Part shown: in pieces, positions 24,609 through 35,300 of the stretch
How the letters are laid out: each line of letters starts with the position of its first letter
How positions within the stretch are numbered: position 1 is the first letter of the stretch
DNA from: Przondovirus NAN33P1
Sequence record: OZ035777.1
Strand: one strand, 5' to 3'
Length of the DNA stretch: 40,656 nucleotides
Made by a program: the position numbers and the translations under genes
The notes under the pieces: model-generated
Databases searched by the model: none
What the model was told of the DNA's origin: nothing
The model's input: only the letters and a program-made list of their open reading frames with translations

Positions 24609-25646
24609 ATGGCTATCATGCAAGGTGGACAGCAGCTCGGTACTAACCAAGGTAAAGGTCAATCCGCAGCAGACAAGCTGGCGCTATTTCTGAAAGTATT
24701 CGGCGGTGAAGTCCTGACCGCTTTCGCTCGTACCTCTGTGACAACCAACCGTCACATGCAGCGTCAAATCAGCTCCGGTAAGTCCGCACAGTTCCCTGTG
24801 ATTGGTCGCACCAAAGCTGCTTACCTGCAACCGGGCGAGTCTCTGGATGACAAGCGTAAAGACATCAAGCACACCGAGAAGACCATTAACATTGATGGCC
24901 TGCTGACTGCGGACGTGCTGATTTACGACATCGAAGATGCGATGAACCACTATGATGTGCGCTCCGAGTACACCTCTCAGATTGGTGAATCTCTGGCGAT
25001 GGCAGCTGATGGTGCGGTACTGGCCGAGCTGGCTGGTCTGGTTAACCTCGCGGATTCCGTCAACGAGAACATCGCTGGTCTTGGCAAACCGTCCCTGCTG
25101 GAAGTTGGCGCTAAGGCTGACCTGACTGACCCTGTCAAACTGGGCCAAGCGGTTATCGCACAGCTGACCATTGCTCGTGCGGCTCTGACCAAGAACTACG
25201 TCCCGGCTAACGACCGTACGTTCTACACTACCCCGGATGTGTACTCTGCGATTCTGGCTGCTCTGATGCCTAACGCTGCGAACTATGCGGCTCTGATTGA
25301 CCCTGAGCGTGGTTCTATCCGTAACGTGATGGGCTTCGAAGTCGTTGAGGTTCCGCACCTGACCGCTGGTGGTGCTGGTGATGACCGCCCAGACGAAGGC
25401 GCAGATGCGACCAACCAGAAGCACGCCTTCCCGGCAACTGGTGGTAAAGTCAACAAAGAGAACGTTGTGGGCCTGTTCCAGCATCGTTCAGCTGTTGGTA
25501 CCGTTAAGCTGAAAGATCTGGCTCTGGAGCGTGCTCGCCGCGCTGAATATCAGGCTGACCAGATTATCGCTAAGTACGCGATGGGTCACGGCGGTCTGCG
25601 TCCTGAGTCTGCGGGTGCGCTGGTTTTCACAGCGGCCCAAGCGTAA
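24609..25646 (+). CDS. major capsid protein 10A (T7 gene 10 homolog)
   Basis: 345 aa, the same length as T7 10A and collinear (M..M.GGQQ.GTNQGKG..AA.DKLALFLKVFGGEVLTAFARTSVTT.RHM.R.ISSGKSAQFPV.GRT.AAYL.PGE.LDDKRKDIKHTEK.I.IDGLLTADVLIYDIEDAMNHYDVRSEYTSQ.GESLAMAADGAVLAE.AGL...). SD TAAGGAGA 24595-24602. Confidence 0.98.
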   Translation: MAIMQGGQQLGTNQGKGQSAADKLALFLKVFGGEVLTAFARTSVTTNRHMQRQISSGKSAQFPVIGRTKAAYLQPGESLDDKRKDIKHTEKTINIDGLLTADVLIYDIEDAMNHYDVRSEYTSQIGESLAMAADGAVLAELAGLVNLADSVNENIAGLGKPSLLEVGAKADLTDPVKLGQAVIAQLTIARAALTKNYVPANDRTFYTTPDVYSAILAALMPNAANYAALIDPERGSIRNVMGFEVVEVPHLTAGGAGDDRPDEGADATNQKHAFPATGGKVNKENVVGLFQHRSAVGTVKLKDLALERARRAEYQADQIIAKYAMGHGGLRPESAGALVFTAAQA

Positions 25647-25918
25647 ATACCTTTAGTGCTCGGACGGTAACTCCGTCTGAGTATGAGGTACAGACTGTCG
25701 CTATTGGTGGTGATTCGCTTAAGGTGGCACTTGATGGGCTGGAGAGTGTAACGGACTGGTCAACCCTTGAGGTAACTTATGGTACTTCAGGTATTGCCAG
25801 CCACACTCGCCGGACCAACACGCTGTACTTCAAAGGAATCGCTGTGGGCGAAACTCTAGTGACTGTCAGCTTTGACGGTTCCGAAAGGAAGTCCTTTAAG
25901 CTGATCGTGACTAACTAA
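24609..25918 (+). CDS. minor capsid protein 10B, predicted product of a -1 frameshift at GGTTTTC (25622-25628), with a C-terminal Ig-like extension
   Basis: Heptamer G_GTT_TTC at 10A codons 339-340, the motif I recall for the T7 gene 10 frameshift. The -1 frame is open from 25628 to TAA 25916-25918 (96 codons) across the apparent intergenic gap. The extension has a Big_2-like beta-strand pattern. Confidence 0.55.
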
Positions 25919-25930
25919 AACTAAGCCAAA

Positions 25931-25968
25931 CCCCTTGGGGACCACTCACGGTCTCTGAGGGGTTTTTT
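25931..25968 (+). terminator. T-phi-like terminator for phage RNAP (also intrinsic-terminator-like)
   Basis: AACCCCTTGGGG...CTCTGAGGGGTTTTTT: 12-bp stem (25931-25942 pairs with 25951-25962, three G-U pairs) followed by T6 (25963-25968). Resembles T7 T-phi (...AACCCCTTGGGGCCTCTAAACGGGTCTTGAGGGGTTTTTTG) at the same map position after gene 10. Confidence 0.8.
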
Positions 25969-25985
25969 CGTTAGGAGCTTACATT

Positions 25986-26564
25986 ATGAACATGCAAGAT
26001 GCTTACTTTGGGTCTGCCGCTGAGCTGGATGCTATCAACGAGATGCTCGCAGCTATCGGTGAATCCCCGGTGACCACCCTTGACGAAGATGGTAGCGCAG
26101 ACGTAGCGAACGCTCGTCGTATCCTCAACAGGATTAACCGCCAGATTCAGTCTAAAGGTTGGGCATTCAATATTAACGAGTCAGCAACATTGACCCCGGA
26201 TGCCAGCACTGGACTCATTCCGTTCCGTCCGGCCTACCTGTCAATCCTTGGTGGCCAGTACGTTAACCGTGGAGGTTGGGTGTACGATAAGTCAACCGAC
26301 ACTGACACCTTCTCAGGACCAATTACCGTGACCCTGATTACCCTTCAGGACTACGACGAGATGCCTGAGTGTTTCCGCCAATGGATTGTCACCAAGGCCA
26401 GCCGCCAGTTCAACTCTCGGTTCTTCGGAGCGGAGGACGTAGAGAACTCACTGGCACAGGAAGAGATGGAAGCACGGATGGCGTGCAATGAGTACGAGAT
26501 GGACTTCGGGCAGTACAACATGCTCGATGGGGATGCATTCGTACAGGGTCTCATCGGTCGTTAA
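25986..26564 (+). CDS. tail tubular protein A (T7 gene 11 homolog)
   Basis: 192 aa; ...AAEL.A.N..LA.IGE.PV.TL......[26 protein letters not shown]... and ...[51 protein letters not shown] are collinear with T7 gp11. Confidence 0.95.
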   Translation: MNMQDAYFGSAAELDAINEMLAAIGESPVTTLDEDGSADVANARRILNRINRQIQSKGWAFNINESATLTPDASTGLIPFRPAYLSILGGQYVNRGGWVYDKSTDTDTFSGPITVTLITLQDYDEMPECFRQWIVTKASRQFNSRFFGAEDVENSLAQEEMEARMACNEYEMDFGQYNMLDGDAFVQGLIGR

Positions 26565-26586
26565 TCAGAAACTTAAGGAGGACCAA

Positions 26587-28962
26587 ATGGCTCTCGTATC
26601 ACAATCAATCAAGAACCTCAAGGGAGGCATTAGCCAGCAGCCTGAAATCCTAAGGTACCCAGAGCAGGGTACACTTCAGGTCAACGGTTGGTCCTCCGAG
26701 ACTGAGGGTCTCCAGAAGCGACCACCTATGGTGTTCATCAAGTCCTTAGGAGGCCGTGGGTATCTTGGGGAAGACCCATACATCCACCTCATCAACCGTG
26801 ACGAATACGAGCAGTATTACGCTGTGTTCACAGGGAATGACGTTCGGGTATTCGACCTGTCCGGCTATGAGTATCAGGTCCGAGGTGATCGCTCTTACGT
26901 GACAGTAAACAACCCTAAGGATAACTTGCGGATGGTCACCGTGGCCGACTACACGTTCATCGTGAACCGTACCAGACATGTCCGGGAGAGTCAGAACCTT
27001 ACCAACGGTGGCACCTTCAGAGATAACGTTGACGCCCTCATTAACGTTCGCGGTGGTCAGTATGGGCGTAAGCTCGAAGTGAACATTAACGGCGTGTGGG
27101 TAAGCCACCAGCTCCCTCCGGGCGACAACGCTAAGGATGACCCGCCCAAGGTGGACGCACAGGCCATCGCTGAGGCCATCACGGTTCTTCTACGCGCAGC
27201 GCACCCTACGTGGACGTTCAATGTCGGAACAGGGTTCATCCACTGCATCGCTCCAGCAGGTGCCACCATTGACATCTTGGAGACTAAGGATGGGTACGCC
27301 GACCAGTTAATCAATCCGGTTACTCACTACGTCCAGAGCTTCTCTAAGTTACCTCTGAACGCACCAGATGGGTACATGGTGAAGATTGTCGGGGACACAT
27401 CCAAGACCGCTGACCAGTATTACGTTAAGTATGACAAGAGTCAGAAGGTCTGGAAGGAAACTGTTGGATGGAACATCTCGATAGGGCTGGATTACACCAC
27501 TATGCCTTGGACACTGGTTCGCGCAGCCGATGGTAACTTTGACCTCGGGTATCATGAATGGAAGGACCGACGCGCTGGTGATGACGATACCAACCCTCAA
27601 CCATCCTTTGTGAACTCAACGATAACCGACGTGTTCTTCTTCAGGAACCGATTAGGGTTCATCTCTGGGGAGAACATTGTGATGTCCCGTACCAGTAAAT
27701 ACTTCGAGTTCTACCCGCCGTCAGTGGCCAACTACACGGACGATGACCCGCTGGATGTTGCTGTGAGTCATAACCGAGTGTCGGTCCTCAAGTATGCTGT
27801 GAGCTTCGCTGAGGAGCTTCTGCTGTGGTCTGATGAGGCACAGTTCGTCCTGTCAGCCAACGGTGTATTATCCGCTAAGACAGCACAGCTGGACCTGACC
27901 ACTCAGTTCGATGTGTCAGACCGTGCGCGTCCTTATGGTATCGGTAGGAACATCTACTATGCAGCTCCTCGCAGCTCCTTTACGTCCATCATGCGCTACT
28001 ACGCGGTACAGGATGTAAGCTCCGTGAAGAACGCAGAGGACATGACAGCGCACGTCCCGAACTACATCCCGAACGGTGTGTATAGCATCAACGGGTCAGG
28101 TACTGAGAACTTCGCGTGTGTACTGACCAAAGGTGCTCCAAGCAAGGTGTTCATCTACAAGTTCCTCTACATGGACGAGAACATCCGTCAGCAGTCGTGG
28201 TCCCACTGGGACTTCGGGGATGGTGTGGAGGTGATGGCCGCAAACTGTATCAACTCAACGATGTACATGTTGATGCGTAATGCCTACAACGTGTGGATAG
28301 CTGCTGTTGACTTTAAGAAGAACTCTACGGACTTTCCGTTCGAGCCTTACAGGTTCCACGTGGATTCCAAGAGGTCATACCGCATCTCAGAGACTGCGTA
28401 TGACATTGAGACAAACCAGACGGTAGTGAACGTCAAGGACATCTACGGTGCGTCGTTCTCTAAGGGTACCGTGGCAATCTGCGAGAGTGACGGTAAAATC
28501 ACCGAGTACGAGCCTACGGGTTCCTCTTGGGATTCAACCCCGGACATCCGCATTAGCGGTGACATCTCAGGTAAGGACATTGTCATCGGGTTCCTGTACG
28601 ACTTCCAGTATGTGTTCAGTCGGTTCCTCATCAAGCAGGAGCAGAACGACGGCACAACGTCCACTGAGGACTCTGGTCGCCTACAGCTGCGCAGAGCGTG
28701 GGTGAACTATCAGGACACTGGAGCGTTCACTGTGAGCGTCGATAACGGTAGCCGTGAGTTCAACTATCTGGTAAACGCCCGAGTAGGCTCGACAGGTCTG
28801 CGTCTGGGCCAGAAGGCAACAACCACTGGTCAGTATCGTTTCCCGGTGACAGGTAACGCTTTGTATCAGAAGGTGTCCTTGAGTTCCTTCAACGCTTCCC
28901 CGGTGTCGATCATTGGGTGTGGCTGGGAGGGTAACTACAGCAGACGCGCTAACGGTATTTAA
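26587..28962 (+). CDS. tail tubular protein B (T7 gene 12 homolog)
   Basis: 791 aa from ATG 26587 (SD TTAAGGAGG 26573-26581); MAL(V/I)SQSIKNLKGGISQQP.ILRYP.QG..QVNGWSSETEGLQKRPP matches the T7 gp12 N-terminus. The upstream extension in the track (from 26488) lacks an SD and overlaps gene 11. Confidence 0.95.
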   Translation: MALVSQSIKNLKGGISQQPEILRYPEQGTLQVNGWSSETEGLQKRPPMVFIKSLGGRGYLGEDPYIHLINRDEYEQYYAVFTGNDVRVFDLSGYEYQVRGDRSYVTVNNPKDNLRMVTVADYTFIVNRTRHVRESQNLTNGGTFRDNVDALINVRGGQYGRKLEVNINGVWVSHQLPPGDNAKDDPPKVDAQAIAEAITVLLRAAHPTWTFNVGTGFIHCIAPAGATIDILETKDGYADQLINPVTHYVQSFSKLPLNAPDGYMVKIVGDTSKTADQYYVKYDKSQKVWKETVGWNISIGLDYTTMPWTLVRAADGNFDLGYHEWKDRRAGDDDTNPQPSFVNSTITDVFFFRNRLGFISGENIVMSRTSKYFEFYPPSVANYTDDDPLDVAVSHNRVSVLKYAVSFAEELLLWSDEAQFVLSANGVLSAKTAQLDLTTQFDVSDRARPYGIGRNIYYAAPRSSFTSIMRYYAVQDVSSVKNAEDMTAHVPNYIPNGVYSINGSGTENFACVLTKGAPSKVFIYKFLYMDENIRQQSWSHWDFGDGVEVMAANCINSTMYMLMRNAYNVWIAAVDFKKNSTDFPFEPYRFHVDSKRSYRISETAYDIETNQTVVNVKDIYGASFSKGTVAICESDGKITEYEPTGSSWDSTPDIRISGDISGKDIVIGFLYDFQYVFSRFLIKQEQNDGTTSTEDSGRLQLRRAWVNYQDTGAFTVSVDNGSREFNYLVNARVGSTGLRLGQKATTTGQYRFPVTGNALYQKVSLSSFNASPVSIIGCGWEGNYSRRANGI

Positions 28963-28988
28963 CTAAATGTCTCCCTGTGGTGTTGCTC

Positions 28989-29011
28989 AATTAGGTAGCA
29001 CTATAGGGAGA
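28989..29011 (+). promoter_or_regulatory. phage RNAP promoter (phi-13-like)
   Basis: AATTAGGTAGCACTATAGGGAGA, exact consensus; +1 G at 29006; 30-nt leader to gene 13. Confidence 0.8.
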
Positions 29012-29035
29012 CCACACTAAGAGGGGACTTAAAGC

Positions 29036-29446
29036 ATGTACATAAGAAACACTGTAAGTAATGACTTCGAGTTATTCATCCCGGCCTACCATGACGTACT
29101 TGAGGCGCAGGCCATGGGTATAGAACCATCGTTCCCAGCGGTTACTGAGTGTGTCACGTTAGACCACGATGGTTTTCCTTTGGCTATAGGTGGACACTGC
29201 GGAGACCAGTGCTGGTTCGTCACGAGCGACCAAGTGTGGAGACTCGACAGGGCTGGCAAGCTGGAGTTCCGTGAGAGAATCATGGAGTACAGGGACATGT
29301 TATTAAATGTGTATCCATCCCTGTGGAACTTCGTGTGGGTCGGTAACGGTCCTCACAGGCGGTTCCTTAAGTCCATCGGTGCTGTATTCCACGAGGAGTA
29401 CACTCAGGATGGTAAGTTCCAACTGTTCACTATAACGAGGAGGTAA
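29036..29446 (+). CDS. internal virion protein A (T7 gene 13 position)
   Basis: 136 aa (T7 gp13 is about 138 aa); ATG 29036 with AAGAGGGG upstream; assigned by size and synteny between the gene 12 and gene 14 homologs. Confidence 0.75.
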   Translation: MYIRNTVSNDFELFIPAYHDVLEAQAMGIEPSFPAVTECVTLDHDGFPLAIGGHCGDQCWFVTSDQVWRLDRAGKLEFRERIMEYRDMLLNVYPSLWNFVWVGNGPHRRFLKSIGAVFHEEYTQDGKFQLFTITRR

Positions 29447-29448
29447 CT

Positions 29449-30039
29449 ATGTGCTGGATGGCAGCAATACCAATTGCAATGGCAGCAGCGCAGTCTGTAG
29501 GTAACGCTCGGAATGCCGCTAAGGTCACCGGTCTACAGAACGACCAGATGCGCCGACAGTCTGCCCAGATGATTAAAGAGTCAAACATTCAGAACGCTAA
29601 CGCCAGCCTTGAGCAGAAGCAGAAGCTGGAAGAAGCCAGTGCGGACCTGACCGCTAAGAATCTCGATAAGGTTCAGGCCATGGGTACAATCCGTGCAGCA
29701 ATCGGAGAGGGAAACCTTGAGGGTGCCAGCATGGACCGTATCAGTCGCATCGAAGAGGGCAAGTTCATTCGGGAGGCCAACGCGGTCACCGATAACTACC
29801 GTCGAGACTATGCGTCACTGTTCGCCCAGCAGCTGGGTAACTCTGAGTCAACCATGGACCAAGTAAAATCCATGCAGAAGGCTGAGGGTAAAGGTAAGTC
29901 CAAGCTGGAGCAGGTGCTTGACCCACTGGCTCTTATGGGTTCACAGGCAGCATCCGCATACGCTTCCGGTGCGTTCGACAGCAAGTCCACCAAGGCCCCA
30001 ATCAGTCAGGCCAAAGGAACTAAGGTAGGAGGTAAGTAA
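29449..30039 (+). CDS. internal virion protein B (T7 gene 14 homolog)
   Basis: 196 aa, the same length as T7 gp14; MCW.AAIPIA...AQ...N...A... and ...DRI.R..EG.FIREAN.VT.NYRRDY...FAQQLG.......Q.....KAE.K.KSKL..VLDPLA.MGS.AASAYASGAFDSKST are collinear. Confidence 0.92.
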   Translation: MCWMAAIPIAMAAAQSVGNARNAAKVTGLQNDQMRRQSAQMIKESNIQNANASLEQKQKLEEASADLTAKNLDKVQAMGTIRAAIGEGNLEGASMDRISRIEEGKFIREANAVTDNYRRDYASLFAQQLGNSESTMDQVKSMQKAEGKGKSKLEQVLDPLALMGSQAASAYASGAFDSKSTKAPISQAKGTKVGGK

Positions 30040-32294
30040 TGGCCAGTAAACTAGAACAAGCATTGAACCAGATACCACAGGCCGGGTCTACTCGAATCCG
30101 TGGTGGCGCAGCGTCCATGCAGTATCGCCCAGTGACCATTCAACAGGAGGGTGCCCGCCAGTCCAACCTAGTGCAGTCCTTGGCGAAGTTTGGGGCAGCA
30201 ATGGGTGAGGCGGCAGACGCCTACGATAAGCGACAGCGGGACAAGGCTGAGGAGCGGTCCGACGAGATTATCCGCAAGTTGACCCCAGAGCAGCGACGAG
30301 AGGCAATCAAGAATGGGACCCTGCTGTATCAGGATGACCCGTACGCTATGGAGGCCCTACGGTTCAAGACTGGCCGTAATGCTGCGTTCCTCATAGACGA
30401 CGAAGTGGCACAGAAGGTTCAGAACGGTGAGTTCCGCACTCGTACCGAGATGGAAGAATACAGACACAAGCGGTTGACCGAAGGTGCCAACGAGTACGCT
30501 GAGCAGTTCATGATTAACCCTGAGGACTCTGAGTTCCAGAGGGGGTTCAATGCGAACATCACCGAGCGTAACATCTCACTGTATGGTAAGCACGATACAT
30601 TCCTGAGCGAACAGGCACAGAAGGGTGCCATACTGGCCTCTAAGGTGGAGTTGTCAGGCGTACTTAAAGACCCACAGGTTCTGGCGCGTCCAGAGTCCGG
30701 TGAGTTCTTCCAGCGCTACATTGACAATGCACTTAAGACCGGGAGTATTCCTAGCGATGCTCAAGCCCAGCAGGTCATCATCGGGTCGCTCAACGACGTC
30801 ATCCAGCGTCCGGGTGCTACCAACTTCTTGCAGAGCCTTGAGGGCCGTCCGGTCACCCTTAACGGGAAGACCACGACCTACAAGGAACTTATGGGAGAGG
30901 AGCAGTGGAACGCCCTGATGGTCAAGGCCCAGTCAACCCAGTTCGACAATGACGCTAAGTTGTCCGAAGGTTTCCGCCTTGGGATCACCAGTGCGTTGAA
31001 CCAAGACGACACCAGCAAGGGCTGGGAGATGCTTCAGGGTGCCAAGGCAGAACTGGATCGTCTGCAACCCGGTGAACAGATGACACCCGAGCGTGAGCGC
31101 CTGATTCAAGCTGAGGAACAGATGCAAGCCCGTTTCCGTCAGGAGGCCCAAGCGGCAGCCAAGGAGATGGACAAGCGTCAAAAGACCATTAACAAGAATC
31201 GGGTCATCGACCAGCAGTTCACCAAACGCATCAACGGGCAGTACGTGTCCACCAGCTACAAGGACATGCCTACCAACGAGAACACTGGAGAGTTCACTCA
31301 CAGTGACATGGTGAACTACGCTAACGGGAAGCTGGCTGAGATTGACCAGATGCAGCTCACGGAGCAACAGAAGGACCGCATGAAGCTGAGCTACCTACGG
31401 GCAGACTCAGAGGGTGGAGCCTTCCGTACTGTTGTAGGCCAGATGGTCACCGACGCTGGGTCTGAATGGTCTGCCGCTGTGATTAACGGTAAGTTACCAG
31501 AGGACACCACGGCGTTGAACAAGCTGCGGACCATGCGTAACACCGACCCGGACCTCTTCGCTGCGCTATACCCAGATAAGGCGGACCTGTTCCTGACGAT
31601 GGACATGATGGATAAGCAGGGCATTGACCCGCAGATTCTCATAGACGCTGACCGTTCCCGCCGCAGTCTCACCAAGGAGATGCAGTACGAGGATGATAAG
31701 GCGTGGGCGTCCCTGAAGAACAACTCAGAGTCTCCCGAGCTGTCCCGCATTCCAGCTAGTCTGGATGGCATGGCCCGTAAGATTTACGACAGCGTCAAAT
31801 ACCGGACAGGTAACAGCGACATGGCTATGCAGCAGGTAGACAAGTTCCTCAAGGAATCCACTGTGACTTTCAAAGGTGATGACGTGGATGGCGATACCAT
31901 TGGTATTATCCCGAAGAACATCCTACAGGTCAGTGATGACCCTAAGAGCTGGGAGCAAGGCCGAGACATTCTCGAAGAAGCCCGTAAGGGAATCATTGCG
32001 GCTAACCCTTGGGTGACCAACAAGCAGCTGACGATGTACCAGCAGGGTGATTCTATCTACATGATGGACACCACTGGGACTGTTCGCATCCGCTATGATA
32101 AGGAGCTACTGACTCGAACCTATCAGGAACAGCAGCAGCGACTGGCCAAGGAAGCCGAAGAGAAGGCACTGAAGGAAGCAACCAAGCGTGCACCTATCGC
32201 CGCAGCCACTCAGGCCCGTAAGGCCGCTGGTGAGCGTGTCCGTGCGAAACGTAAAGCCACTCCGAAGTTCATTTATGGAGGTGGCGATGAGTAA
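30039..32294 (+). CDS. internal virion (core) protein C (T7 gene 15 homolog)
   Basis: 751 aa (T7 gp15 is 747 aa); ATG overlaps the gene 14 stop (TAATG); helical, charged protein at the syntenic position. Confidence 0.93.
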   Translation: MASKLEQALNQIPQAGSTRIRGGAASMQYRPVTIQQEGARQSNLVQSLAKFGAAMGEAADAYDKRQRDKAEERSDEIIRKLTPEQRREAIKNGTLLYQDDPYAMEALRFKTGRNAAFLIDDEVAQKVQNGEFRTRTEMEEYRHKRLTEGANEYAEQFMINPEDSEFQRGFNANITERNISLYGKHDTFLSEQAQKGAILASKVELSGVLKDPQVLARPESGEFFQRYIDNALKTGSIPSDAQAQQVIIGSLNDVIQRPGATNFLQSLEGRPVTLNGKTTTYKELMGEEQWNALMVKAQSTQFDNDAKLSEGFRLGITSALNQDDTSKGWEMLQGAKAELDRLQPGEQMTPERERLIQAEEQMQARFRQEAQAAAKEMDKRQKTINKNRVIDQQFTKRINGQYVSTSYKDMPTNENTGEFTHSDMVNYANGKLAEIDQMQLTEQQKDRMKLSYLRADSEGGAFRTVVGQMVTDAGSEWSAAVINGKLPEDTTALNKLRTMRNTDPDLFAALYPDKADLFLTMDMMDKQGIDPQILIDADRSRRSLTKEMQYEDDKAWASLKNNSESPELSRIPASLDGMARKIYDSVKYRTGNSDMAMQQVDKFLKESTVTFKGDDVDGDTIGIIPKNILQVSDDPKSWEQGRDILEEARKGIIAANPWVTNKQLTMYQQGDSIYMMDTTGTVRIRYDKELLTRTYQEQQQRLAKEAEEKALKEATKRAPIAAATQARKAAGERVRAKRKATPKFIYGGGDE

Positions 32295-32310
32295 ACAATA
32301 AGGAGACAAC

Positions 32311-35300
32311 ATGAGCTACGACAAGTCCAAACCTAGTGACTACGACGGTATGTTCCAGAAGGCAGCAGACGCACACGGTGTTAGTTACGACCTACTGCGT
32401 AAACTGTCCTTCAACGAATCATCCTTCAACCCTAAGGCCGTCTCTAAGACTGGCCCTAAAGGCATCATGCAGTTCACCAAAGCGACGGCCCGGAGCATGG
32501 GCCTTAACGTGACCGATGGTGACGACGATGGGCGCTACAACCCTGAGTTAGCCATTGACGCTGGCGCTAAGCTGCTTGCCAGTCTCGTTAAGAAGTACGA
32601 CGGTGATGAGCTGAAAGCGGCCCTAGCGTACAACCAAGGGGAAGGCCCAGCGGGTGCCCCTCAGCTCCAAGCGTACGACAAGGGAGACTTCAGGTCTATC
32701 TCGGAGGAGGGGCGTAACTACATGCGCAAGCTGCTGGATGTGGCCAAGAGTCCGAACTCAGGCGCACTGGAGGCGTTCGGTGGTATCACCCCAAAGGGTA
32801 AAGGGATTCCCGCAGAGGATGCCTTCAAGGGCATTGCTAAGACTGGTAAGGTAGGTACTGCGCTGCCGGAGTCCCATGGGTTCGACGTAGAGGGTGTAGC
32901 GCAGGAAGCGCCCAACACGCCATACGCTAAGGACTTCTGGGAGAAGACCGGGACGACTCTCGACGAGTATAACGCTCGGTCTACCTTCTTCGGCTTCGGT
33001 GATGCTGCTGAGGCTCAACTTCAGAACTCAACCTTGGGTGTGGCCTTCCGTGCTGCGCGTGCTGATGATGGGTACGATGTGTTCAAGGACACGATGACCC
33101 CGACTCGCTGGAACTCTTACGTCCCGTCCAAGGAGGACTTACAGAAGCTGCGGGACTCCGGGTTACCTCCCAGTTACTACGGTGTGGTGACAGGTGGTGA
33201 CGGTGAGAACTGGGACGCCCTCATTAAGCTGGCCAAGGATAACTTTGCTGCTGACCAAAGGGCCGCCGAGGCTGGTACTGGTGCGAAACTTGCAGCTGGT
33301 GTTGTAGGCGCTGGTGTGGACCCATTGAGCTATGTCCCCTTGGTGGGTGTGACCGGGAAGGGTATCAAGGTAGTCAATAAGGCTCTCCGTGTTGGAGCTC
33401 AGGCTGGTGCACTCAACGTTGCCTCTGAAGGAATCCGTACGTCTATCGCTGGTGGTGAAGCTCACTATGCTGATGCGGCGCTCGGTGGTCTACTGTTCGG
33501 CTCCGGTATGTCAGTCCTCAGTGACGCTGTGGCTGCTGGTATCCGTAAGACACGTGGTGTTGAATCAGTGAACGAGTTCGCTGGTCCGGCACTTCGTATG
33601 GAAGCCAGAGAGACTGCTATCAACACTGGTGGCCATGATACCTCCACGCTACCTCCTGAGAACTTCTCGTTTGAGCAGAACCATGGGGGTGTTCCGTTTG
33701 CCGACCATCCTACCGAAGAGGGCGCAGTGGTTCTGGCCAATGGTTCAATCCTGAGTGACACCAACCCGCTTAACCCAAGGACTCAGCGGGACTTCGCGGA
33801 GATTGACCCAGAGCGTGCAGCTCCCGGTATCAAACTCGGTGGGTTCACTGAGATTGGCCTGAAGACATTAGGGTCCAAGGATGCTGGTGTACGTGCAATC
33901 GCTCAGGACCTCGTACGCTCTCCCACAGGGATGCAATCAGGGTCTAGCGGTAAGTTTGGTGCGACCGCTTCGGACATCCATGAGCGGCTCCATGCGACTG
34001 ACCAGCGGATGTACAACCAACTGTATGACGCTGTTGACCGTGCCATGAAGGACCCAGAGTTCTCCATTGGTGAGCAGAAGATGTCACGCAGAGCCATCCG
34101 TCAGGAAGTCTACAAGCGTGCAGCCTTGGCGATTGAGCGTCCAGAGTTACAGGCTGATTTGACCAAAGGTGAACGTGAGGTGATGGACCTACTGAAAGAG
34201 CACTTCGACACCAAGCGTGAGCTGATGGAACAGCCGGGTATTTTCGGTAACGCTAACGCCGTGAGCATCTTCCCCGGTAGTCGCCATAAGGGAACCTACA
34301 TACCTAACGTGTACGATAGGGGTGCTAAGGAGCTGATGACTCAGAAACTAGGCGGACCTGAAGGACTCCAACAGGCTATCGCCCAGAGCTGGCTCACCAG
34401 TTACCGAGTGCGTCCTGAGGTTAAGGCACGTGTCGATGAGTACCTCATGGAACTCAACGGCTACAAGTCGGTTGACCAAGTGACACCTGAGGTGGTCCAG
34501 AAGCACGCCATGGACAAGGCTTACGGTATCAGCCACACTGAGGACTTCACGGCATCAAGTGTCATTGACGACAACATCACTGGTCTGGTCGGTATTGAGA
34601 ACAACTCGTTCCTTGAAGCCCGTAATATGTTCGACAGCGACATCCCGGTTACCTTACCGGACGGGTCAACCTTCAGTGTCAACGACCTGAGGGACTTCGA
34701 CATGGCACGGATTATCCCAGCGTACGACCGTCGAGTTAACGGTGATATCGCCATCATGGGCGGTAGCGGTAAGACCACGAAGCAGCTCAAGGACGAAATC
34801 ATGGCGTTAGACAAACGGGCCGAACGTAAGGGACAGCTTAAGGGTGAAGTGGAAGCACTGAAGGATACCGTTAAGATTCTCACTGGCCGTGCTCGCCGCA
34901 ACAATGACACAGCCTTTGAGACGGCTATGCGCTCCTTGAATGACCTAGCGTTCTTCGCTAAGAACTTCTACATGGGTCCGCAGAACCTCACAGAGATTGC
35001 TGGGATGTTGGCTAAAGGTAACGTTAAGGCGATGCTGCATGGTATCCCAACGTTGCGTGACCTCGCCACCAGAACCTCTCCGGTTTCCGGTAGTGAACTC
35101 CGTGAACTCCATGGGGCGCTGTTCGGTAAGGAACTAGACCAGCTAATACGACCGGGGCGTGAGGACATCGTGCAGCGAATCCGTGAGGCTTCCGATACCA
35201 GCGGGGCCATGGCGTCAGTCATTGGTACCATTAAGTTCGGTACTCAGGAGCTGTCGGCTCGTTCTCCTTGGACCAAGATGCTGAACGGTACGGCCAACTA

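Noticed and set aside
26488-26586. Upstream start (26488) for tail tubular protein B
   Set aside because: It overlaps the end of gene 11 without an SD; the conserved gp12 N-terminus MALVSQSIKNLKGG starts at 26587 after a strong TTAAGGAGG.
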